From assembly GCA_963713975.1 (NCBI GenBank), contig OY970218.1, positions 64,001 to 128,000 of the forward strand: 64,000 bases of DNA. The letters run 5' to 3'. Made by a program: the position numbers and the translations under genes. Shown one piece after another: positions 56,827 through 64,000 of this stretch. The notes beneath the pieces were generated by a model. It did not search any database and was not told the origin of the DNA. It worked only from the letters and a program-made list of their open reading frames with translations. The DNA is from an uncultured Chloroflexia bacterium (GTDB taxonomy: Bacteria; Chloroflexota; Limnocylindria; Limnocylindrales; CSP1-4). Position 1 is the stretch's first letter; each line of letters begins with the position of its first letter.

Positions 56827-58182
56827 TCAGGCCGGGGCGGCCTGCGGCCGGGGACCGCGGTCGCGACGCGGCTCGACGACCGGGCGGAGGGTCACGGCGG
56901 CGGTGACGAAGAAGATGACGGCCAACATGAACACGATGCGCGGGCTCAGCGGCTCGTTGCCCGCCGCCGTCACGAGGTCCAGGGCGACGCCGCCGACGGC
57001 GATGGACAGCGGCCCGGCAGAACCGGTCGCGACGTTGCTCATGCCCATGTAGCGTCCCGCCGACGCCCTCGGGATGATGTCGGTCATGAGCGCCCAGTCC
57101 ACGGCGAGGAAGGTGCCGTTGGCGGCCCCGAACAGGGCAGCGCCGACCATGGCGACGGGGATCGAGGGAGTTACGGCGATGATCGCGGCGCCGGTCGCGC
57201 CACCGGCGCACGCAGCGAAGATGAGCGGCTTCCGTCCGATCCGGTCGGACAGTCTCGATGCGGGCAGGATCGCGAGGACGTTCGCCGCCACGACCACGAC
57301 AAGGATGGCCATGTACATCCCGTTCGCCTCCTCCTTGGACATCAGGAAGGCCCGCGCGAGGTAGATGACCACGAAGTTGACGATCAGCGAGCCCGCCAGC
57401 AGGAACTGGAGCCTCGACACGAGCAGCCAGACGTAGGAGCGCTCGCGGAGGATGTCGGTCGCCCAGGCCTCCCTGGCGATCCGGGCCCAGGACTTGCCAT
57501 GGCGCGGCTTGGGCGCCATGCCATTGCCGACCCCGAGCACCACGCTCGCCATGGTCACCAGCTCGACGATCGCCACGGCGACCAGCGAGAGAGGCATCGC
57601 GCCCGCGGTCACGGACAACGAGACGAGCAGGAAGCCGGTCACGTTCCCGACGACCTGCATGAGGCCCACCATGCCGCTCGCCATCCCGACCTGCGGCTCC
57701 GCGACGAGATCCGGCACGTAACCCTGGAACGGGCCCCGGGCGATGTTCGTGCTGACCGCGAGCAGCAGGAAGAAGGCCGCCAGCACCAGGACCGAGTTCC
57801 CCATCGCGATTCCGATGAGGAAGACCACGTCGAACAGGGAGCCGAAAACGATGTACGGCTTGCGGCGGCCCCAGCGCGACACCGTGTAGTCGCTGATGTA
57901 GCCGACGGTGGGCTGGATGAGGATCCCGACCACGGCCCCGAAGATCGTGATGATGAACAGGGACTTCCCGACGTCGTCCTTGGGCACCAGGTGGTCGAAC
58001 TCCACGCGGTTGGTGAGGAACAGCCCGACGGCGGCGTCGATGGCGGTCAGGCCCAGCCAGTACGCCGAGATCCGCAGCAGCTGGGTCATCGGCAGGAGCG
58101 CGGTCGGACGCGCACCCTCCTCCGGATCGGGACTCGCCGTCATGCCGGTATCCGGGATCGCGCCGGTCACGGTGTCGTCCAC
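56827..58182 (-). CDS. MFS transporter (sucrose/maltose GPH-like)
   Basis: QPTVGYISD...SRWGRRKPY, LSDRIGRK, AVDWAL. Confidence 0.9.
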   Translation of the reverse strand: MDDTVTGAIPDTGMTASPDPEEGARPTALLPMTQLLRISAYWLGLTAIDAAVGLFLTNRVEFDHLVPKDDVGKSLFIITIFGAVVGILIQPTVGYISDYTVSRWGRRKPYIVFGSLFDVVFLIGIAMGNSVLVLAAFFLLLAVSTNIARGPFQGYVPDLVAEPQVGMASGMVGLMQVVGNVTGFLLVSLSVTAGAMPLSLVAVAIVELVTMASVVLGVGNGMAPKPRHGKSWARIAREAWATDILRERSYVWLLVSRLQFLLAGSLIVNFVVIYLARAFLMSKEEANGMYMAILVVVVAANVLAILPASRLSDRIGRKPLIFAACAGGATGAAIIAVTPSIPVAMVGAALFGAANGTFLAVDWALMTDIIPRASAGRYMGMSNVATGSAGPLSIAVGGVALDLVTAAGNEPLSPRIVFMLAVIFFVTAAVTLRPVVEPRRDRGPRPQAAPA

Positions 58183-58230
58183 GGTCGTCCTCCATCTCCC
58201 GGTCGAACCCTCGGGCTCATGGCGGGCTGG

Positions 58231-58947
58231 TCAGGCCTCCTCCACGGGGCGTCCGCGCTCGTCGAGCGCGAAGTTGCTGTTCGGACGCGCGAGGGCGCGT
58301 TCTGTTGCTCCGGTGGCCGCAAAACGGAACAGGGAACGGTCCGCGGAGTAGAGCGCTGTGGAGGCGATCCCGATCACTCCCAACCGGAACGTGAAGATCG
58401 GGTTCTCGGGGTTGCCGGCGTAGGTGTGGGGCGTGCCGTCGCGGGTGAGGACCGCCATGTTGGCCACGCCGCGGAAGGTCTCGTGCAGGGCCGCGAGGAG
58501 GTGCCCGGGCTGGCGACCGTCCGTCCAGGCATCCTCCAGCCAGCGCTGGGCGACCTTGGTGTCCGCCCGGCCATGGATCCGTCCGGCGGCACGGTAGCGG
58601 GCCCGGGCCGACCGGTAGTCGCGCAGGTCACCGTTGTGTGCGAACGCGAAGCGGCCCGCAGGGTCCACGAAGGGTTGCGCGTCCGGAACCCCGAGCGTCG
58701 AGAGGCGTGAGGGCCGTCGGAGGTGGACGAGCAGGCTCGTCGTCTCGATGGCGCCCAACCGGTCGCGATCAGGGTCCTCGCGGAAGGCGCCCACCTGGAC
58801 GTGGGACTCGAGGTGGCCCGCGGGGGTCAGCCAGCTGGCGCCCCAGCCGAAGCCCGCGATGCCGTACCGCTCCATGCGCTCGGCGAAGGACAACAACTGA
58901 TTGAGCCGGAACGGCACCGCGGAACGGGCGACGAACTGCTCGCACAT
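58231..58947 (-). CDS. Class II glutamine amidotransferase/Ntn hydrolase (EgtC/YafJ-like)
   Basis: N-terminal Met-Cys, GFGWG, VHLRR, QPF, FAHNG, DT. Confidence 0.8.
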   Translation of the reverse strand: MCEQFVARSAVPFRLNQLLSFAERMERYGIAGFGWGASWLTPAGHLESHVQVGAFREDPDRDRLGAIETTSLLVHLRRPSRLSTLGVPDAQPFVDPAGRFAFAHNGDLRDYRSARARYRAAGRIHGRADTKVAQRWLEDAWTDGRQPGHLLAALHETFRGVANMAVLTRDGTPHTYAGNPENPIFTFRLGVIGIASTALYSADRSLFRFAATGATERALARPNSNFALDERGRPVEEA

Positions 58948-59046
58948 CGGCCCGGATCATAGGCTTCTTGGGCTGTCCGGAACGGGCCGAATCGCCGGGG
59001 GCCGGTGCGGTGACCCTCCGGGATCGCCTGCCGCCGCGCTACCCTC

Positions 59047-59073
59047 GTGAACGATTCGCGGGGCCCGTTCGTC
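59047..59073 (+). promoter_or_regulatory. Candidate ECF-type autoregulatory promoter
   Basis: GTGAAC-17 nt-CGTC upstream of the RBS GGAGG and the sigma ATG at 59101. Confidence 0.5.
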
Positions 59074-59100
59074 TTGTCTGACGAACGGAGGCGACGACCG

Positions 59101-59667
59101 ATGATGGGGAGCCTCGTGCGAGAGCAGGTCGGAAGCGATCGGGTGCAAGCGGCACGGTCGGCCGATCGGCGAGCCGCTGTCTTCGAGCACCTTGTGGACC
59201 GCCAGCTCGATGACGCCTATCGCCTTGCCGCCATCATCCTCAATGACCGCATGGAGGCGGAAGACGCCGTGCACGACGCTGCCGTGGCCGCGTGGCGCGG
59301 GTTCGAACGACTGCGCGATCCGGGACGCTTCGATCCCTGGTTCCGCCGCATCCTGGTGAACGTCTGCCGGGACCGCCTGCGGGCCAGGGCGCGTCGCCGC
59401 ATCGTGGATCTTGGGCGCGAGCTCCGCGAGGCCGAGCAACCCCGCATGGCCGACCCGGCGGAGGCGACAGCCACCCGCGACGTACTGGCCCGGGCGTTCG
59501 ACGCCCTGGATCCGAACCAACGCATCCTCGTGACCCTTCGCTACCACACCGACCTCACCGTCCCCTCGATCGCCGCGGTCATGGACATGCCGGAGGGCAC
59601 CATCAAATCGAGGCTGCATCAGGCAATCGGCCGGCTCCGGACAGCACTCGAGGAGGCGGATCGATGA
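59101..59667 (+). CDS. ECF RNA polymerase sigma factor
   Basis: AEDAVHDA, FDPWFRRILVNVCRD, region 4 IAAVMDMPEGTIKSRLH. Confidence 0.92.
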   Translation: MMGSLVREQVGSDRVQAARSADRRAAVFEHLVDRQLDDAYRLAAIILNDRMEAEDAVHDAAVAAWRGFERLRDPGRFDPWFRRILVNVCRDRLRARARRRIVDLGRELREAEQPRMADPAEATATRDVLARAFDALDPNQRILVTLRYHTDLTVPSIAAVMDMPEGTIKSRLHQAIGRLRTALEEADR

Positions 59668-60644
59668 TCGAGCGCGACGACGAACGCGTTGAACGTGCGC
59701 TCCGCGGGCTGCTGGCCAGCCGCGATCCGGGCCCGGCAACGCCCACCCTCCACGAGCGGCTCAGCCATGTCACGGAGCGCACCGTTGCCGAGCCCACGAC
59801 GGCTCGGCGCGTGTCACAGCTGACTGTTCCCGCACTGGGACTCGCGGCGGCGGTCGTGGTGCTGCTCCTCGCACTGCCCCTCCTGGCCCCGCAGGGGATC
59901 GGGCCGGGTCCCGGGGCACCGACCACCACGATCGCCCCGTTCGATCCAACGCTCGCGGGCCCCGGCATCGCCAGCCCACCCGCCCTCGAGGCCGAGGTCC
60001 TGGTCGTGCTCGGGCTGCTCGCTGCGGGCGGGCTGGCGATCGCCGTCGCCCCGGGCTTCCGGCGCACCCTTGCGGCCCTGGCGCTGCTGCTGGTGCTGTT
60101 CGTCGGAGGCATGCTCGCCCTCCTCACCCATGCGGTGACCGGGCCAGTGGCAAGTTGGGGGGGCATCGGCGTGCTGGCCATGGTCCCCGTCGAGGACCAA
60201 CCCCGGGATCTCGTCTACATCACCGCGGATCCCGGTGAGCCGTTCAACTTCGGGTTCTCGGTCGCGAACGCCGGACCGCTGCCGATCCGACTCGAGGGTG
60301 TGGTCGTGGATCCGGCCATCCAGGGACCCGTCGTCGACTTCCCCACCTTCCGCGCAGTGTGGCGGGACGGGGCCCCGGAGGTTGGCAGCACCGGCCCAGC
60401 TGAACCGTTCACGCCGATGGATCTCACGTCCGACCAGCACGTGATGCTGTGGCTGGTCGGGACGGCCTCGCCGTGCGCCGCCGGATCCGCCTTCGATCCT
60501 GCCGTGGCCTCGGACACGGCTGCCGTCGGAATTCCTCCGCTAGTCGTGCACTACAGCGTCCTGGGACTGCCGCGGACGGCGACCATCAGCCTGCCCTTCG
60601 ACCTGATGCAGCCATACCGCGAGAACTGCCAGGTTCAGCCCTGA
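59664..60644 (+). CDS. Putative membrane anti-sigma factor
   Basis: ATGA-coupled to the ECF gene; short cytoplasmic N-terminus, about 3 TM segments, C-terminal beta-rich domain with a Cys pair. Confidence 0.6.
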   Translation: MIERDDERVERALRGLLASRDPGPATPTLHERLSHVTERTVAEPTTARRVSQLTVPALGLAAAVVVLLLALPLLAPQGIGPGPGAPTTTIAPFDPTLAGPGIASPPALEAEVLVVLGLLAAGGLAIAVAPGFRRTLAALALLLVLFVGGMLALLTHAVTGPVASWGGIGVLAMVPVEDQPRDLVYITADPGEPFNFGFSVANAGPLPIRLEGVVVDPAIQGPVVDFPTFRAVWRDGAPEVGSTGPAEPFTPMDLTSDQHVMLWLVGTASPCAAGSAFDPAVASDTAAVGIPPLVVHYSVLGLPRTATISLPFDLMQPYRENCQVQP

Positions 60645-60919
60645 CGCATGGTCGCCTCGTACTCCGGGAAGTAGCGGCCGATCACGGTCAGGTCGAAGCG
60701 GGCGAGGATCGATTCCTTCGGCTCGCGCGCGAGCAGGAACGCGAAGGACCGGCGCACCAGGTCCTCGGGCCCGGCGGCCGCGGGATCAAGCCGGTCCAGG
60801 TCCATGGCGGAGACCGTCACGTCGTGGGTCGTGGACGACGCCGAGCCGCCCACTGTCACGCGGCACGTCCACCCGTCGCCGGGTCGTGGATCGCATCGGA
60901 CATCGATCGCCGCCACCAT
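60635..60919 (-). CDS. Small hypothetical protein
   Basis: SFAFLLAREPKESILARFDL.VI.RYFPEYE looks like a conserved motif; CATCCT 7 nt before ATG. Confidence 0.75.
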   Translation of the reverse strand: MVAAIDVRCDPRPGDGWTCRVTVGGSASSTTHDVTVSAMDLDRLDPAAAGPEDLVRRSFAFLLAREPKESILARFDLTVIGRYFPEYEATMRQG

Positions 60920-60976
60920 CGGTTCGAGGATGACAGGAATCCCACCGCAGCACTCCGAGAGCCGTCTGCCAGGAGG

Positions 60977-62335
60977 CTACTCCCGGGTATCGGCGGGCTC
61001 GACCGGTGCTGCCGGTCCCTCGTCGGCCGGCGGCGTCGGCGTTGGTTGTTCGGACGATCGAAGCGCCGGAGGCACCGATGGCGCAACGAGCGTCTTCGGC
61101 TCGCGCCGCCGATGCCCCCACCAGTCGTGGGCGAACAGCGAGAAGGCCCCGAACGCGACCGTGGCCGTGACCACGAGGCTCTCCCGGATCCCGATCACAC
61201 CTGCAAGGAAGCCGCCCAGGCTGGGTGCAACGATCAGGGCGAAGTTCTGGAGGCTCTGGTCCACGGCGCTGAAGGTGACCCCCTGCTGGCGCGGGATCCG
61301 GCGCATCAACTCATCAAACAGAGCCAGCTGGACGCCGGCGGCCGCCAGCCCACCCACGAAGGCCGCCGCTGCGACGGCCGGCAGGTACGAGAGCACCGAC
61401 ATCATGGCCGGTGCCGCTGTCGCCGCGAGTAGCGCGGGCAGCAGGATTCCGGCCGCGGTCCGCCGCCTCGAGATCCGCCGGACCGCGAGATAGCCGATCA
61501 CCGCCCCCGCCGACTGCGCCGCGCCAATGACACCGATCCAACCATTGGGCGCCTGCAGTTCGTGCACATAGAACAGGGGCAGCAGGGGCATCGCGAGCCC
61601 GATGCTCGCGCTGTAGACCAGCGACCGTGCCTCGAACCGCAAGAACGACGGGTTCGACCGGACGATGTCCAGCGGCAGCCGCACCCGTGCCCGCACGGAC
61701 TTCGGCGGGCCGTCCCCGCTCTGCTCCTGGTCGGGCAGCACGATCCGGCGCGATACCAGGAAGCTGCCGACGCCGGCCATCGAGATCGCGATGAACAGGA
61801 TCGCGAAGTTGACGGGGAAGGCAAGGACGGTGAGCGCAAGGCCCGCGACCACGACCGACACGGACGTCACCCCTCCGGAGATCGCCCACCGCCGACCGAG
61901 CAGGTCGAATCGCCCCCGTGGTCCGGCCGCGCCGTCCATGACGATCGGGAACGCGACCAATCCGGCCGTGGCAGGGAGGGCGGCCAGCGCCCAGATGCCC
62001 AGGACCACAGGGACCGCGACATCCGCCGGGAGCACGACGGCTGCCACGCCCATGGTCCCGTAGCTCATCCAGCCGGCGAGCCGGAGCCGACTGTACGAGC
62101 GGACGATGTTGTGCCGCCGCTGGAGCCAGCGCCCGAACGGGATCGCAAGGGTGAAGGCCACGAGTGCCGGGATTGCCGTAAGCAGGCCAACCGAGGTACC
62201 GGAAGCGCCCAGCTTGACCAGGAACACGGGCAGGAACGTGCTGGCCGCGGCCACGATGCCCACGAACACCGAATCGACCTGAACCAGGTGGTAGTTCCGG
62301 GTCTGGTCAGGAGTCGGCCGCAGATCTCCTCTCAT
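60977..62335 (-). CDS. MFS transporter
   Basis: About 12 TM segments in 2x6 architecture, Pro-rich tail. Confidence 0.85.
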   Translation of the reverse strand: MRGDLRPTPDQTRNYHLVQVDSVFVGIVAAASTFLPVFLVKLGASGTSVGLLTAIPALVAFTLAIPFGRWLQRRHNIVRSYSRLRLAGWMSYGTMGVAAVVLPADVAVPVVLGIWALAALPATAGLVAFPIVMDGAAGPRGRFDLLGRRWAISGGVTSVSVVVAGLALTVLAFPVNFAILFIAISMAGVGSFLVSRRIVLPDQEQSGDGPPKSVRARVRLPLDIVRSNPSFLRFEARSLVYSASIGLAMPLLPLFYVHELQAPNGWIGVIGAAQSAGAVIGYLAVRRISRRRTAAGILLPALLAATAAPAMMSVLSYLPAVAAAAFVGGLAAAGVQLALFDELMRRIPRQQGVTFSAVDQSLQNFALIVAPSLGGFLAGVIGIRESLVVTATVAFGAFSLFAHDWWGHRRREPKTLVAPSVPPALRSSEQPTPTPPADEGPAAPVEPADTRE

Positions 62336-62394
62336 ACGGAACCAACCCTAGCGCAGACCGCCGGGCCGGCCGGCCCCGCCTGCCTGGTGCCGGG

Positions 62395-63165
62395 TCACGC
62401 CCCCGGCTGGCAGACAGGACACCAGAACGTGAGCCTCGGCAGGTCCCGCCCCTGGTGCGCGACCTGGATCTCCGCGCCACAGCGTGGGCAGGGTCGTGCA
62501 GCGCGGCGGGACACGCGCCGGGGCCGCCGTCCGGTCGCCGCCCCGCGGCGCAGGATGTCGCGAGCGACGCCCACCAGGTCGCGAAGGGCGTCGTCGTCGA
62601 GATCGTGGACCTTCGTCCATGGCGACACGCGGGCCTGCCACAGAGCCTCGTTCTTGACCTCGTTGCCGATACCGGCCATGACGCGCTGGTCGAGCATGGC
62701 TTCGGCCATCGAAGTCGCGGCACGGGATGGATCCCGGAGCCTTCGGAGGACGCCGGCCACGTCAACGGGATCCCGGAGCAGATCCGGCCCCAGCCCGGAC
62801 AGGGTGGGGTTCAGGGCCTCGGCCCGCTGCTCGAACAGCTCCACGGTGGGAGCGTCGAAGCAGACGACCACGGAGCCGGGGACCTCGATCACCAGCCTGG
62901 CCCGAACAGGTGGCCGGCGCCAGGGCTCGCCCGGGCGGTAGCGGTGCCAGGAGCCGTGCATGCCCAGGTGGGTGCGGATCTCGAGGCCGTTGTCGAACCA
63001 GAGCAGGAGGTTCTTGCCCGCGGTGTCGACCGCGACCACCGTGGCCCCGACGATGAGCTCCGCCCTGGGCCCCGGAGCCCGTGACGACGCGGCCGTCACG
63101 ATCCGGCCCACCAGGTACGGCCGGAGCCCGGCGGCGGTCCGGGCGAGCGTGTCACCCTCGGGCAC
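62395..63165 (-). CDS. nei: Fpg/Nei-family DNA glycosylase (endonuclease VIII-like)
   Basis: MPEGDT, GKNL, HLGMHGSW, LGPDLL, LDQ..MAGIGN, CPRC...CPVCQ. Confidence 0.93.
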   Translation of the reverse strand: MPEGDTLARTAAGLRPYLVGRIVTAASSRAPGPRAELIVGATVVAVDTAGKNLLLWFDNGLEIRTHLGMHGSWHRYRPGEPWRRPPVRARLVIEVPGSVVVCFDAPTVELFEQRAEALNPTLSGLGPDLLRDPVDVAGVLRRLRDPSRAATSMAEAMLDQRVMAGIGNEVKNEALWQARVSPWTKVHDLDDDALRDLVGVARDILRRGAATGRRPRRVSRRAARPCPRCGAEIQVAHQGRDLPRLTFWCPVCQPGA

Positions 63166-63176
63166 CGTGCCGGGTC

Positions 63177-64000
63177 CTAGCGCACCGGCCGAACGGGTGC
63201 CGGACGCGGATAGGCTCGCTCCGCCGAAGCCGCCTGGCGCAGGACGTACCCCCGATAGCCGGGCACGAACCCGGCGGCATGCAACGCGTCCCCGAACCGG
63301 GATCCGGCCACGGGCTCCCCATCCACCTTGCCGATGACCAGCTCCCGCACCCGGCCGTCCGCGACCAGGTCGGCCAGCGATCGGAGGGCGGGCGGCAGGA
63401 CCTGCGGATCCTCTCCCGCGGGAAGGACTTGGAGCGACGTCCCGCCGCGGTCCACGTAGAGCGCCGCCGCACCGTCGACCAGCGCGACGTACGCACCGGC
63501 GGCGCGCTGGAACGGACGCCGGTCGTCCTCGCCACGGCGCGGCCAGGCGATCGCGGCCCCGTACGGGTTCGCCGGATCCGCGGTCGCCAACAGGTGGACG
63601 ACCCGCCCGTGATCCCCGGCCGACTCACCCGGCAGGTCCCGCAGCGCACGGAGCCTTTCCACGGCCCCGGGAAGGGCGAACTGGGCCGCGCCCAGGCCGT
63701 CCACGAAGTACCCGCGCCGGATCCGACCGGCCTCCTCGAGCGCTCGCAGGACCGGGTAGACCGCGCTGAACCCGCCGTCCACCGCCTCGCCCGCGACCGC
63801 CTCGCGGGTGAGCACGCCGTGGCGCTCGAGCAGGACCGTGGCCTGGGCATGAACCCGCTCCGTGCGGGTCGGGATCTGCCCATCCCCCGCCGGGGCATCG
63901 TCTACGAGCGACCAGCGGCCGGCGGCCTCCGGTGGTCCGAGCGACGTCAGGCGTCCCGGCCGCGGCCGGTGGCCCTTCGCGGGCCGTTTCCAGCGCAGCG
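63177..64000 (-). CDS. lhr: C-terminal part of Lhr-family helicase (runs off the right edge)
   Basis: GRWS, LLERHGVLTRE, GGFSAVYPVL, RRGYFVDGLGAAQFA, DPANPYG. Confidence 0.88.
   Translation of the reverse strand, partial: LRWKRPAKGHRPRPGRLTSLGPPEAAGRWSLVDDAPAGDGQIPTRTERVHAQATVLLERHGVLTREAVAGEAVDGGFSAVYPVLRALEEAGRIRRGYFVDGLGAAQFALPGAVERLRALRDLPGESAGDHGRVVHLLATADPANPYGAAIAWPRRGEDDRRPFQRAAGAYVALVDGAAALYVDRGGTSLQVLPAGEDPQVLPPALRSLADLVADGRVRELVIGKVDGEPVAGSRFGDALHAAGFVPGYRGYVLRQAASAERAYPRPAPVRPVR

Noticed and set aside
62395-64000. lhr-nei pairing as a novel repair system
   Set aside because: This gene pair is already known from Actinomycetota such as mycobacteria
1-64000. tRNA, rRNA, CRISPR arrays, transposases, integrases, defence systems
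   Set aside because: None recognised; intergenic gaps are short and lack the expected signatures by eye, and no covariance search could be run

Overview
A very GC-rich bacterial chromosome segment that is almost entirely coding. Gene content and style (class I LysRS, K+-independent H+-PPase, monoderm-type lipoproteins, many apparently leaderless genes) suggest a high-GC Chloroflexota or Actinomycetota-like organism; this is inference only. No rRNA, tRNA, CRISPR array, integrase or transposase was seen. In order: serS-lysS(class I)-greA; a DeoR-controlled sugar locus (ABC importer, GH4, SIS protein and amidohydrolase, divergent from a LacD-like aldolase and two PfkB kinases); hppA-uppP-argR; lepB plus two orphan membrane proteins; ndk and an M16 peptidase; a BMP-type ABC importer; coaX-coaBC-panB-panC; a hydrolase flanked by a 20-bp direct repeat; a BioD/DRTGG protein; gdh plus a decayed gdh fragment; DegV; MFS-GGT; azlCD; Rid; an M20 peptidase; a cyanophycin locus; GT87; MFS plus an Ntn hydrolase; an ECF sigma/anti-sigma pair; and nei-lhr. 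The most notable feature is the cyanophycin locus. Besides cphB and a full cphA, it encodes a second CphA-like protein that keeps the N and Mur-ligase (M) domains but lacks the ATP-grasp domain. A serine hydrolase is coupled to cphA and an M20 peptidase sits divergently. Start codons were re-chosen by eye and some are uncertain.
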